Assembly: GCA_963699545.1 (NCBI GenBank)
Contig: CAVOUE010000009.1
Location: 32,001 to 96,000 of the forward strand
Reading direction: 5' to 3'
From: Nitrospirota bacterium
Lineage (GTDB): Bacteria > Nitrospirota > Thermodesulfovibrionia > Thermodesulfovibrionales > UBA9159
DNA length: 64,000 nt
Below are positions 1-10,595 of this stretch, in pieces. Position 1 is the stretch's first letter. Each line of letters begins with the position of its first letter. Made by a program: the position numbers and the translations under genes. The notes beneath the pieces are model-generated. The model was not told where the DNA came from and made no database searches. It saw only the letters and a list, made by a program, of their open reading frames with translations.

Positions 1-2
1 CA

Positions 3-1846
3 TCCATTTCGCCCAGCTTTGTCACAGACCCCGGGGCGACAACGTTCACCGTGACGGACCTCATCCCGGATACGGAGTATTTTGTGCAGGTTCTGGCGAT
101 GGACCAAAAGGGGAACAGGGATAACAATAGCGTCGTAAAAAACGCCAGGACCAAGCCTACTCCTGACACCACTCCCCCCACATTTGGAGGGTTGGTATCC
201 GCGACTGCGCTGTCAGAGAGCCAGATAGAGCTCACATGGACTGCTGCTTCCGATAACAAGACGCTTGCATCCGAGATCGAATATCTCATTTACATGTCGG
301 TCACCCCGGGGATCACGCCCGGAGAGGGAGCGTTCGCGACCCCGAAGAGCATTGTGACCGGTGTCACCTCCGCGACCATCGCAGGGCTTGACCCCAATAC
401 CACATACTATTTCAGGGCGTGGGCGAGGGACAAGGCCGGAAATGTGAGCAAGAACGATGTGGAGAAGTCGGCGAAGACTCCACTGCCGCCGGACACCACA
501 CCGCCCTCGTTCCCCAATGGGCTTGCTTTATTAGCGCAAGCCACTTCGCCTAGCACGGTACTCATCACATGGAACCCTGCCGCCGATGACCAGACAGATC
601 CGTCGAACTTGACCTATATCATCTACAAAGCGTCAACTTCAGAAGGGGTGTACTCATCGCCTTTCATAACCCTGCTCCCCGGGACTGGAAGACATCATCC
701 AGGATATTGGACCTTCTGCGGGCAAAAGCAAGCACGGTAAGTTTTACTGTAGAGGGTTTGACCCCCAACACCCATAATTGTTTCGGTGTCAATGCAAAGG
801 ATCAGGCGGGCAATATGACCAACAGTTCCGAGGTGAGCTGTGTAGACACTCCTCCTACTCCTGATACCATTCCGCCGTCCGTGCCGACCGGGCTGACGGC
901 AACCGCCATTTCTTCAAGCCAGATAACCCTCGCGTGGAATGCCTCCACTGATGACGTGGGAGGAACAGGAGTGGCAGGGTACAAGGTGTATCGTAACGGT
1001 CTGTTAGTTGCGGCGTCCAAGAAGAGTGCAGTGATTCCCATTGCTACCGTCACCACTACGAATTACTCCGATACAGGGCTTATCCCAAACACTCAGTATT
1101 GCTATCAGGTCTCGGCATTCGATGGGGCCACTCCCCCTAATGACTCAGCGCAGAGTGATCAGGTTTGTGCAAGGACGCAGGATACAACCCCTCCTCCTTC
1201 TCCTGACACCACGCCGCCGTCCGTGCCGGCCGGGCTGACCGCAGCCGCCATTTCTTCAGGCCAGATAGACCTCACATGGAATACCTCTACCGATGATGTG
1301 GGCGTAACGGGATATAAAGTTTACAGGGATGGTATATTCCTTAAGTCGGTTACTACACCCTCAACGTCTGACACGGGGCTTGCCCCCTCAACCAACCACT
1401 GTTACACCGTGTCAGCATTTGATGCTGCCAATAATGAGTCGGCACAGAGCAATCCGGCTTGCGCGACTACACAACCCACGCAACCTCCACCATCTCCGTT
1501 CATAGACCTCTCTGTACCCCTCGTATATGATGGGTGCAGTGGTGATGGCTGTTTGTCCTTTATTGTCTATAATAGTGGTACCATGGACGCGACGAACGTT
1601 TCGATCTATGGTCTTAACGGATATTTCGGTTTTCCGACCAGTTGTCAACCTTTCTTTAACATCACGGTTCCGGCGGGCGGTTTTGTTTTTCTCGACACGG
1701 GCCTCTTTCTCTTAGACGATTACTACATACTCATAGACCCGACGAATGCCATACTGGAAAGCGATGAAGGCAACAACGCCTTATGCAGCGGACTATTCTG
1801 CACTACCCCGCCAATATGGCCCAGTGATTTTAGCGGCTGCTCTTAG
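3..1846 (+). CDS. Fibronectin type III repeat surface protein with CARDB-like C-terminus; 5' end outside window; one frameshift near 688
   Basis: Frame is open from position 3. Repeated DTTPP...LTW..A.D...Y...A.D.AGN Fn3 units. ORFs 51-740 and 707-1846 join if one A is restored in GGAA(A)G at about 688. C-terminal IDPTNAILESDEGNN is CARDB-like. Confidence 0.8.
858..1302 (+). repeat. Intragenic ~103-bp direct repeat (858-960 and 1200-1302) encoding duplicated Fn3 N-halves
   Basis: ctcctgataccattccgccgtccgtgccgaccgggctgac... versus ctcctgacaccacgccgccgtccgtgccggccgggctgac... align without gaps. Confidence 0.85.
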
Positions 1847-3462
1847 TCGTACACGTATGCGTCAGGGAGGCTGAAAGGAAAAGGCAATCTGCCCTTTGCC
1901 TGTCGTATCCCCGAGATTATCTCCAGGGCCACGTCTAAATGTACCTTGGTATTTTCAGCTGTCAGGACAATTCGCCTCGGTTGAAGCTCCCCGATGATTT
2001 TCTGAAATCTCCCCGGCTGCCCTAAGACTACGATGCATTCTTTGTTTAACGTATTGCAGGCAGAAATGATCTCCGCCGCATCCGTATACTCTGCATCCAT
2101 GATGACAGCATCAAATTTGGCCAGAAACTTATCGATGGGCGTTTCAGGGTGTATCTTCCGATAGTTCAGCAAAGTCGTATCCAGAGTTTCGGCATGCCTG
2201 AAAAAATTCTTTACGCCGCTGAGCAGGATTGAGTTATTCCCTATATAGAGCGCGGAAGACTCCTTTCGTATCGGGAGAGGAGGGACATCCCTCCCTCTCA
2301 CATACGCGATAGAGGCCTCTGCTACTGATCTCGCAACATGGCCAAGATCGTTTCGCGACATCCTCACGGGAGCTTTCATGATCCTCGTCTTTGCCTTCAT
2401 TATTCTTGTCAGGGACTCATCAAGTTTCCTGTGGCTGATGTGCCCCTTCTTCACCGCGTCCACGAGCGCATTGAAAACCTTCTCCTGATTTTTCATCTCA
2501 TGGCTTACCATAATAATATCGGCGCCCGACCGGAATGACCGAACCGCGGCCTCCGCTACCGTCATCATCCCCCTTATCGCCCTCATCTCGATATTGTCCA
2601 CAATAATGAGTCCTTCAAATCCCATACCTTTTCTCAGCACGTCCACCATCCAGTAAGCTGAAAGTGAAATAGGATTCTTCGAGTCTCCCGGCTCCGCAAT
2701 AAAATGCCCAACCATAACGATGTCCACTCCTGCCCTTACAGCGTTCTCGAAAGGCATCGTATCCTCATCCCTCTCCTCCCGGTCCTTCCACACGATATGC
2801 GGAATCACGAAATGGGAATCCTCCTTCGCCCTTCCTATGCCGGGAAAATGCTTGGCGGTTGCCAGCAATCCGGCTTCCCTGAGTCCGCGGATATAGGCGC
2901 TCCCCAATTGTGCAACCGTCCGGGAATCACTGCTAAAGCTCCTCCTTGCCATCGGCGACGACAGCATGTCTGCCGGCACATCAAGCACAGGAGACAGATT
3001 GACGTTTATTCCCAGGTCCTTCAGGGCGCTGCCAACGGACAGACCGGCCTCCCTCGAAAGCTCCTCAGAATTCGCCGCACCGATCGCAGGCTCCGAAGGG
3101 GGCCTATACAATTCTCCCTCGATGCGATGGACCAACCCTCCCTCCTGATCCACAGCAAAAAAAATCGGGAGTTCACGGTCTCCGGAGATGGACCGTATCT
3201 TTGAGATGAGAGGAGCAATGTCCGTTGCTTCCTTCACATTTCTTCCATAAATGACGATGCCGCCGGGATTGATCTTCCTGATATGCTCGATCTCCCGTGA
3301 GCTGAGGTCCTGACCCTGGATCCCGAGCATGAGAAGCTGCCCTACCTTCTCCTCCAAAGTCATCCTCTTGACATGCTCGGCCAGTTCTTCACTGGCGTGA
3401 AGACCGTCCGCTGCCCAGAAAAGGCAACCAAGAGCTGCAAGTATTACCAGGGGTCTCTTCAT
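1843..3462 (-). CDS. nagZ: Glycoside hydrolase family 3 beta-N-acetylhexosaminidase, secreted
   Basis: DQEGGLV and KHFPGIG....DSH motifs; signal peptide from ATG at 3462. Confidence 0.85.
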   Translation of the reverse strand: MKRPLVILAALGCLFWAADGLHASEELAEHVKRMTLEEKVGQLLMLGIQGQDLSSREIEHIRKINPGGIVIYGRNVKEATDIAPLISKIRSISGDRELPIFFAVDQEGGLVHRIEGELYRPPSEPAIGAANSEELSREAGLSVGSALKDLGINVNLSPVLDVPADMLSSPMARRSFSSDSRTVAQLGSAYIRGLREAGLLATAKHFPGIGRAKEDSHFVIPHIVWKDREERDEDTMPFENAVRAGVDIVMVGHFIAEPGDSKNPISLSAYWMVDVLRKGMGFEGLIIVDNIEMRAIRGMMTVAEAAVRSFRSGADIIMVSHEMKNQEKVFNALVDAVKKGHISHRKLDESLTRIMKAKTRIMKAPVRMSRNDLGHVARSVAEASIAYVRGRDVPPLPIRKESSALYIGNNSILLSGVKNFFRHAETLDTTLLNYRKIHPETPIDKFLAKFDAVIMDAEYTDAAEIISACNTLNKECIVVLGQPGRFQKIIGELQPRRIVLTAENTKVHLDVALEIISGIRQAKGRLPFPFSLPDAYVYD

Positions 3463-3540
3463 CGGTAGATGGTCAGGCAATCTATCATAGAAGCCTCCTT
3501 GTTGTCCATTTTACCCTAAATTTGTATAATCTCTTTAGTC

Positions 3541-5475
3541 ATGAAAAAGAGGACCCTCTTGTTCTACCTTATTACGCTCACCTCCACATCGCTCTTTGTC
3601 CTCCTGCAGCTCTTTGATCCCGTCATAATCCGTGAGCAACTTGAGAGCAAGACGTACGACCTGAGACTTCGTCTGAAAAACCTTGTGAGACAGCAACCTC
3701 CGGCAAAAGACATCGTCATCGTCGCCATCAACGACAATAGCATCGAGGAAATCGGCAGGTGGCCCTGGGGAAGGGATGTTATGGCAGGTCTGATCAATAA
3801 GATCTCCGCTTCAAGACCGAAGGTCATTGGGATCGATGTTATGTTCACCGAAAGAGAGAGTCCCGAGAAGGACGAAAGACTTGCAGAAGCAATAAAAAAG
3901 GCGGGAAACGTAGTGCTGGCCACGGCCTTTGAGGTCCCTCAGGGAAGAAAGGTTCTCACACCTCCAAAGGATGTTCCCGATTTTCTCTGGGACTCCGCGT
4001 TCATGGAGGTAAAAAGCCAAAGGGGAATTAAATGGAAGGACTTTGCAGTGAAGGCGGAAAAGGTTAAGGCTTCCTTGCCCGAATTCTCCACTGTTGCAGC
4101 GCTCGGCCATGTCTACGCCCTGCCTGATATGGATGGATCTCAGCGATGGGAGATTCTCTCTCTTATGTACGGTGATGACTGTTACCCGCAGTTCGCTCTC
4201 CAGATCGCCCGTATCGCCCTCGGCATCCCCATGAAAGATATGGTCCTCTACGGCGGATCCGGCATAGGTCTCGGCACCGGGTTCATTCCGACCGATCTCT
4301 GGGGACGTGCGGGGATCAATTACCGAGGGAAGGAGCACAGTTTTCCTTATATATCAGCTTCCGACATTATCAGGGGCAGGATCGCTGCCGAAACGCTGAA
4401 GGACAAAATAGTCCTCGTCGGAACTTCTGCCCTTGCCACCTATGATCAGAAGGTGACACCCTTTTCAGCCAATATGCCGGGCGTCGAGAAAAACGCCAGT
4501 GTTGTCGAGAATATCCTCGTCAATAATTTTATCAGGAAGAGTCCAGGGGTGATGGAACTCGTGGTGATAATCCTCACCGGGATTTTCCTGGGACTGACCC
4601 TTCCGAAGTTGAAGGCTGTTGCCAGCGCATTCCTTGCCGCAGGTTTCATACTGCTCTACATCGTCGCCTGCTGCTATCTCCTCATGTACCAGAACTTGTC
4701 GGCAAATCTGCTCTATCCCGTCACGAACATGTTCGCGATCTTTACCACTCTCACGGTCACAAAGTTTTTCCTCGAGGAAAGAAAATCGAAGGAGATACGG
4801 CAGATGTTTTCAAGCTATGTATCGCCCAAGATCGTGAAAGAGCTCATCGATAATCCCGACAAGGCGAGACTTGGGGGAGAACGAAGGGTCGTCACTGTCC
4901 TTTTCTCTGATATCATCGGCTTCACCTCGCTCTCTGAAAGGAGACAGCCGGAGGAGGTCGTTTCTCTTCTCAACGAGTATTTCAAGGAGATGGCGGATAT
5001 TATATTCAGATGGGATGGGACCCTCGACAAGTTTGTCGGTGACGAGATAATGGCGCTCTGGGGCGCTCCCGTAGATCAACCAAACCACGCAGAACTCGCA
5101 CTAAGATGCGCCCTCAATATGTCGGCAAAGCTGGACGAGCTGCACGACATGTGGAAGGGTAAGGGATCCGAAGTTCTCGACGTGGGTATCGGAATCAACA
5201 CAGGTGAGGTCATCATAGGCAATATCGGCGCGGCCGGGAAAAAGATGGATTACACCGCAATAGGTGACCACGTCAATCTCGCAGCGAGAGTAGAAAAATT
5301 AACGAGGCAGTACAACACAAGGATCCTCATTGCTGAAAACACGTTCGAACAGATTGAGCCGCTTATTAAGAAAGGAGCGTTCGGACATCTGGAGCTAATA
5401 GCGCTTGCGTCGGTGAAAGTGAAAGGGAAGGAAAAAGAGGTGACGATCTTTGAGGTGAAAGGGTTCAAGCAGTAG
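3541..5475 (+). CDS. CHASE2-domain class III adenylate/guanylate cyclase
   Basis: GRWPWGR (CHASE2), three TM helices, VLFSDIIGFT, DKFVGD, GIGINTG, GDHVNLAARVE. Confidence 0.93.
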   Translation: MKKRTLLFYLITLTSTSLFVLLQLFDPVIIREQLESKTYDLRLRLKNLVRQQPPAKDIVIVAINDNSIEEIGRWPWGRDVMAGLINKISASRPKVIGIDVMFTERESPEKDERLAEAIKKAGNVVLATAFEVPQGRKVLTPPKDVPDFLWDSAFMEVKSQRGIKWKDFAVKAEKVKASLPEFSTVAALGHVYALPDMDGSQRWEILSLMYGDDCYPQFALQIARIALGIPMKDMVLYGGSGIGLGTGFIPTDLWGRAGINYRGKEHSFPYISASDIIRGRIAAETLKDKIVLVGTSALATYDQKVTPFSANMPGVEKNASVVENILVNNFIRKSPGVMELVVIILTGIFLGLTLPKLKAVASAFLAAGFILLYIVACCYLLMYQNLSANLLYPVTNMFAIFTTLTVTKFFLEERKSKEIRQMFSSYVSPKIVKELIDNPDKARLGGERRVVTVLFSDIIGFTSLSERRQPEEVVSLLNEYFKEMADIIFRWDGTLDKFVGDEIMALWGAPVDQPNHAELALRCALNMSAKLDELHDMWKGKGSEVLDVGIGINTGEVIIGNIGAAGKKMDYTAIGDHVNLAARVEKLTRQYNTRILIAENTFEQIEPLIKKGAFGHLELIALASVKVKGKEKEVTIFEVKGFKQ

Positions 5476-5628
5476 ACTTCCTGTCTCTCCCTTGTTCTGT
5501 CTGTGAAATTGACTTTTCAAAATATATTTAGATATATTAAGGTATATAAATTATTTATAAGTAAATCTTTATTGCCTATTTAATCTGCTTATGGTATTTT
5601 ATGTGTCGTCCATCGCGGAGGAGTTCTC

Positions 5629-6093
5629 GTGGAAGAGAAACTTGTAAGCATTCTTCAGGAATACAGGTCGGGCGAAGGGAACCTAATAACCCTTCTTCAG
5701 GATATCCAGTCGGAGTTCGGCTACGTCCCTGAACAGGCAGTAACCTGGTTTTCGAAAGAACTTGACATACCGGCAAGCCGCTTTTACGGTGTGTCCACCT
5801 TCTATTCCCAGTTTCATCTCAAGCCGCGGGGCAAGAATATCATTACCGCGTGCTGCGGAACCGCATGCCATGTGCGGGGTGCGGACAGACTGATCAGCGC
5901 CGCCCTTCGGGAGCTTAAACTCAATGAAGACCAGGACACTACAGAGGACGGGGAGATCACCCTTGAAAAAGTGGCCTGCCTCGGTACCTGCAGCATGGCG
6001 CCTGTAATGATCATCGACCATAAGATGCATGCAAAAATAACCCCCGAGAAGATGAAAAAAGAGATCAAGTCACTGAAGAAGGACAAGAAATGA
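5629..6093 (+). CDS. nuoE: NuoE/HydC-like [2Fe-2S] subunit of a formate dehydrogenase complex
   Basis: CCGTACHVRG and ACLGTCSMAP motifs; GGAGGAG RBS. Homologue of NuoE, not part of complex I here. Confidence 0.88.
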   Translation: MEEKLVSILQEYRSGEGNLITLLQDIQSEFGYVPEQAVTWFSKELDIPASRFYGVSTFYSQFHLKPRGKNIITACCGTACHVRGADRLISAALRELKLNEDQDTTEDGEITLEKVACLGTCSMAPVMIIDHKMHAKITPEKMKKEIKSLKKDKK

Positions 6094-7865
6094 GCACGGT
6101 ACAGATAAAGGTCTGCATGGGGCCCGGTGGCATCGCCTCGGGCGGTCCAGACGTCATCGCTGCCTTTCAGTCGGAACTGAAGCAGGCAAGTATTTCTGCG
6201 CAGATACAGGAAGGCTGCTCGTTGCATCACGTCGGCTGTTTCGGTCTCTGTTCCAAGGACGTCCTTGTCGATCTCTTCATCGACGGGAACAAAACGACCT
6301 ATGAGTACGTGAAGCCTGACATGGTGAAGCGTATCGTGAACGAACACATCGTGGGAAAGAAACCGGTACCGGAATGGATGGCTGGGGAGGATTATGAGAA
6401 CTTCTATAAGAAACAGGTGAAGGTCGTCCTTTCCGACTGCGGGAAGATAGACTATGAGAGCATCGAATCCTACATCGCTGCAGGAGGTTACAAGGCTGCA
6501 GAGAAGATCTTCACCTCCATGAGCCCTGACGGGGTGATCACCGAGATGAAGAAGTCCGGGCTAAGAGGACGGGGCGGCGCCGGCTTCCCCACGGGAGTGA
6601 AATGGGAGGCTTGCCGGAAGACTGCCTCTGACCAAAAGTATTTCATCTGCAACGCAGACGAAGGTGATCCCGGTGCATTCATGGACAGGGCGGTGATAGA
6701 AGGAAATCCCCATGTGGTCATCGAGGGAATGCTCATTGGTGCCTATGCCACCGGTGCGACCAAGGGGTACGTATATATCAGGGCAGAATATCCCCTGGCT
6801 GTTGAGCGGCTCAAGAAAGCGATAAAAGATGCCACGGCAAGAGGTTTTCTGGGGAAAAACCTCTTCAACAAGGCCTTCGACTTTACCATACGATTAAAAC
6901 TCGGCGCAGGCGCCTTTGTGTGTGGAGAAGAAACTGCGCTCATCGCATCCATTGAAGGCCAAAGGGGTATGCCGAGACCAAAGCCGCCCTTCCCTGTATA
7001 TCAGGGGCTATGGGGAAAGCCGACGGTGATCAATAATGTGGAAACCCTTGCGAACATCCCGTATATCATCAGCAAGGGGGCTGACTGGTATGCATCCTAC
7101 GGTACCGAGAAGTCAAAAGGCACGAAGGTCTTTGCCCTCACCGGGAAGGTGAAGAATACCGGACTCATCGAGATCCCCATGGGTATCACGCTGAAGGAGA
7201 TCATTTACGATATAGGAGGCGGCATCGAGAACAACAAGGCGTTGAAGGCGGTCCAGACAGGAGGACCTTCCGGCGGGTGCATCCCTGCCGGCATGGTGGA
7301 TATCAATGTCGATTATGAGTCCCTTGCCCAGGTCGGCTCCATTGTAGGCTCGGGCGGAATGATCGTTCTTGATGAGGATGACTGCATGGTGAATGTTGCA
7401 AAGTACTTCCTTCAGTTCACTCAGTCAGAATCCTGCGGTAAGTGTGTCCCCTGCCGCATAGGAACGAAAAGGCTTCTCGAAATACTGGACAGGATCACGA
7501 AAGGAAAGGGAAAAGAGGAGGATATAGAGCTTCTCCAGAAGCTGAGCAGCGATGTGAAGGCCGCCTCTCTCTGCGGCCTCGGACAGACCGCTCCCAACCC
7601 GGTGATGAGCACTCTTAAGTATTTCAGGGACGAATACGAAGCCCACATCAAGCAGAAGAAGTGTCCTTCCAAGGTCTGCAGGGATCTCCTCCTCTATTCC
7701 GTTATCGAAAAGACATGCACGGGCTGCGGAGCCTGCCTCAGGGCATGTCCCTCAGGTGCGATCACCGGCGAGAAGAAGAAGCCCCACAGGATAGATCCCG
7801 ATAAATGCATCAAGTGCGGTGCGTGCTTTGATGTGTGTAAATTCGCGTCGGTAAACAGGGAGTAA
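6090..7865 (+). CDS. nuoF: NuoF/HydB-like FMN/NADH-binding subunit with N-terminal 2Fe-2S and C-terminal 2x[4Fe-4S] domains
   Basis: GLRGRGGAGFPTG, NADEGDPG, GAFVCGEETAL, CGKCVPCR, terminal CTGCGAC/CIKCGAC. Confidence 0.92.
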   Translation: MSTVQIKVCMGPGGIASGGPDVIAAFQSELKQASISAQIQEGCSLHHVGCFGLCSKDVLVDLFIDGNKTTYEYVKPDMVKRIVNEHIVGKKPVPEWMAGEDYENFYKKQVKVVLSDCGKIDYESIESYIAAGGYKAAEKIFTSMSPDGVITEMKKSGLRGRGGAGFPTGVKWEACRKTASDQKYFICNADEGDPGAFMDRAVIEGNPHVVIEGMLIGAYATGATKGYVYIRAEYPLAVERLKKAIKDATARGFLGKNLFNKAFDFTIRLKLGAGAFVCGEETALIASIEGQRGMPRPKPPFPVYQGLWGKPTVINNVETLANIPYIISKGADWYASYGTEKSKGTKVFALTGKVKNTGLIEIPMGITLKEIIYDIGGGIENNKALKAVQTGGPSGGCIPAGMVDINVDYESLAQVGSIVGSGGMIVLDEDDCMVNVAKYFLQFTQSESCGKCVPCRIGTKRLLEILDRITKGKGKEEDIELLQKLSSDVKAASLCGLGQTAPNPVMSTLKYFRDEYEAHIKQKKCPSKVCRDLLLYSVIEKTCTGCGACLRACPSGAITGEKKKPHRIDPDKCIKCGACFDVCKFASVNRE

Positions 7866-7867
7866 CC

Positions 7868-10539
7868 ATGCCAAAGGTAACGATAGACGGAAAGACAGCA
7901 ACCGTTCCCGATGGGATAACGGTCCTTGATGCTGCGAGGAGAACTGCATATCTCTATTCCGACCCTCTGCCACCATCCCAAACTCACCCCCTTCGGGGGT
8001 TGCAGGCTCTGTCTGGTAGAGATTAAGGGAATTCCCCGACCGGTGACTTCCTGCACCACTCCTGTGAGCGAGGGGATGGAAGTGACCACGAGCAGCCCGA
8101 CCCTGCAAGGCCTGAGGAAGACGGTTCTTGAACTTATTCTCTCTGACCACCCGAACGATTGCATGGTATGCGAGAAGGCCGGGAGACTGCACCCTTCAGG
8201 AACTCGCGTATTCCTACGGCATCAGGGAAAACAGGTTTGAGGGTGAAAGAAGAACCTATGCAAAACGGGACGGAAATCCCTTCGTCGAACGGGATATGGA
8301 AAAGTGCATCATGTGCGGCAGATGTGTTAAGGTCTGCGACGAGGTTGAAGGTGTTGGAGCCATCGATTTTGCCTACCGCGGATTTAAGTCAAAGATATGC
8401 CCCCCCTATGAGAGAGACCTTGACTGCGAATTCTGCGGACAGTGCATCGCCGTTTGCCCCACAGGCGCCCTCACCGGCAAGTCCTGGAAACAGAAGGGAC
8501 GTCAGAAAGATGTTAAGGAAGTTGAGACCACCTGCGGGTATTGCGGTTGCGGTTGCAGTCTCACCCTCCACGTTCATGGGAACGAGGTCATCAGGGTCGA
8601 TTCGAAGGCTGACACCATCAATGAAGGATGGTTATGCGTGAAAGGCAGGTTCGGCTATAGCTTCATCGCCAGTCCGGAGCGCCTGACCAAGCCCCTCATA
8701 AAAAAGAACGGGACGTTCGCGGAAGCATCGTGGGACGAAGCGCTGGATTATATCGCGGAACGGCTAAAGGGCATCAAGGAAAGACACGGCGCTGACTCCA
8801 TCGCAGGACTGTCTTCAGCCAGAGCTACCAACGAGGAAAACTATCTCTTCCAGAAATTCATCAGGGGAGCAATCGGCACCAATAACGTTGACCATTGCGC
8901 CCGGTATTGACACAGCGCAACGGTGGCCGGTCTGGCCACGGTTTTCGGCTCGGGAGCGATGACGAACTCTATCAATGAGATAGTGAACAATGACGTCCTT
9001 TTCGTGATCGGTTCGAACACGACAGAGACCCATCCCATCATCGGCCTGAAGATGAAAAAGGCCTTCAGACGAGGAGCGAAACTGATCGTGGCGGATCCGA
9101 GAAGGATACCCCTGGTGAGCTTTGCCGACATCTGGCTCCGGCAGAGACCGGGTACGGACGTCGCACTCCTCAACTCCATCATGCATGTGATACTGAAAGA
9201 GAGTCTTGAGGACAGCGAATTCATTAAGAACCATACGGAAGGGTTCGAGGCATTCAGGTCCTCCCTGGCCGAGTTCACACCGGATATGGGCGAGAAGATC
9301 ACGGGAGTTCCGAAGGAAAAAATAAGAGAGGCCGCGCTGCTTTATGCAAATGCGGAACGGGCGGGCATCTATTACACGATGGGGATGACCCAGCACACCC
9401 ACGGAACGGATAATGTCTACTCGATAGCAAATCTTGCATTGATGACCGGCAACCTCGGGAGGGAAAGCGTCGGAGTGAATCCGCTGAGAGGGCAAAATAA
9501 TGTCCAGGGCGCGAGCGATATGGCGTGCGCTCCGAACTTCCTCCCCGGATACCAGAAGGTCGACCTGCCCCAGTCGAGGGAGAAATTCGAAAGGGAATGG
9601 GGTGTTTCCCTCTCCGGCAAGGCCGGACTCACTGCCACGGAAATGACGGATGCTGCGATCAATGGGACTCTCAAGGCGATGTATATCATGGGAGAAAATC
9701 CCGTCCTCAGCGACCCTGACATGAAGCACACAAAGAAAGCCCTCGATAGCCTTGAATTCCTGGTCGTGCAGGACATCTTCCTTACGGAAACCGCAGAGCA
9801 TGCAGATGTGGTCCTGCCTGCCGCCTGCTTTGTAGAAAAAGACGGCACCTTTACCAATACCGAACGGCGGGTCCAGCGCGTCAGAATGGCAGTGAACCCG
9901 CCCGGCGAAGCGAGAACGGACTCCTGGATAATTGCAGAGTTGAGCAGGAGATTCGGGTATGAGATGAACTATAACTCTGTGGAAGAGATCATGCAGGAAA
10001 TCGGCCGCCTCTGGCCGGCAGTAGCGGGCATCACCTATGGTCACATAGAGAAACGGGGGGTGCAGTGGCCGTGTCCCACGCCAGACCATCCCGGCACGCC
10101 GTATCTTTTCAAGGGAGGGTTCCCCAGAGGAAAAGGAAGGTTTACCGCTGTAAGCTACAGACCTTCTGCGGAACTCCCCGACAATGACTATCCCCTCGTG
10201 CTTTCCACAGGAAGGCAGTTGTTCCAGTACCATACGGGCACGATGACCAGGAAGACCTCGGCCATAGAGGCAATTTCCGCGGGCCGGCCATATGTCGAGA
10301 TACATCCCGAAGATGCCCGGAAGCTCAATATTACCGACGGCCAGAAGGTCACGGTCTCCTCAAGACGGGGAAGCATCGAAATCGCCGCAAAGATCACGGA
10401 AAGGCCGTTGCAGGGCATGGTATTCATCCCCTTCCATTTCAAAGAGGCTGCCGCGAATGTCCTTACGAACACCGCTCTGGACCCTGTCTGCAAGATCCCT
10501 GAGCTCAAGGTCTGCGCGGTGAATATAAAGGTTTCATAG
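7868..10539 (+). CDS. fdhF: Selenocysteine-containing formate dehydrogenase alpha subunit (NuoG-like Fe-S N-terminus + Mo/W-bisPGD domain); indels near 7940 and 8182
   Basis: ATG 7868 gives MPKVTIDG. Pieces 7926-8240, 8128-8910 and 8923-10539 join. NNVDHCARY-TGA-HSATVAGLA is the FDH Sec motif; PLRGQNNVQG is present. Confidence 0.92.
8919..8943 (+). promoter_or_regulatory. Bacterial SECIS hairpin
   Basis: AAC-G-GTGGCC-GGTCT-GGCCAC-G-GTT starts 8 nt after the UGA at 8908-8910; its GGUCU apical sequence resembles the E. coli fdhF SECIS. Confidence 0.85.
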
Positions 10540-10540
10540 A

Positions 10541-10563
10541 GCCGGCTGAAAGCCTGCGACTAC
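10541..10563 (-). repeat. GTAG-type REP-like palindrome
   Basis: Minus strand reads GTAG-TC-GCAGGCT-TTC-AGCCGGC; single copy in this window. Confidence 0.45.
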
Positions 10564-10595
10564 ATACTTAACGATTCTAAAGGAGGGTTCAAGAG

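Noticed and set aside
5509-5560. ModE or Rex operator in the AT-rich fdh promoter (AATATAT-TTAG-ATATATT)
   Set aside because: Spacing fits neither consensus, and such palindromes arise easily in AT-rich DNA.
5629-7865. Respiratory complex I operon
   Set aside because: No nuoA-D or nuoH-N; the partner gene is a formate dehydrogenase.
7930-8190. Programmed frameshifting in fdhF (also nrdJ, sufC, priA, tatC)
   Set aside because: No consistent slippery heptamer or stimulatory structure; breaks are scattered across unrelated genes, as expected for sequencing indels.
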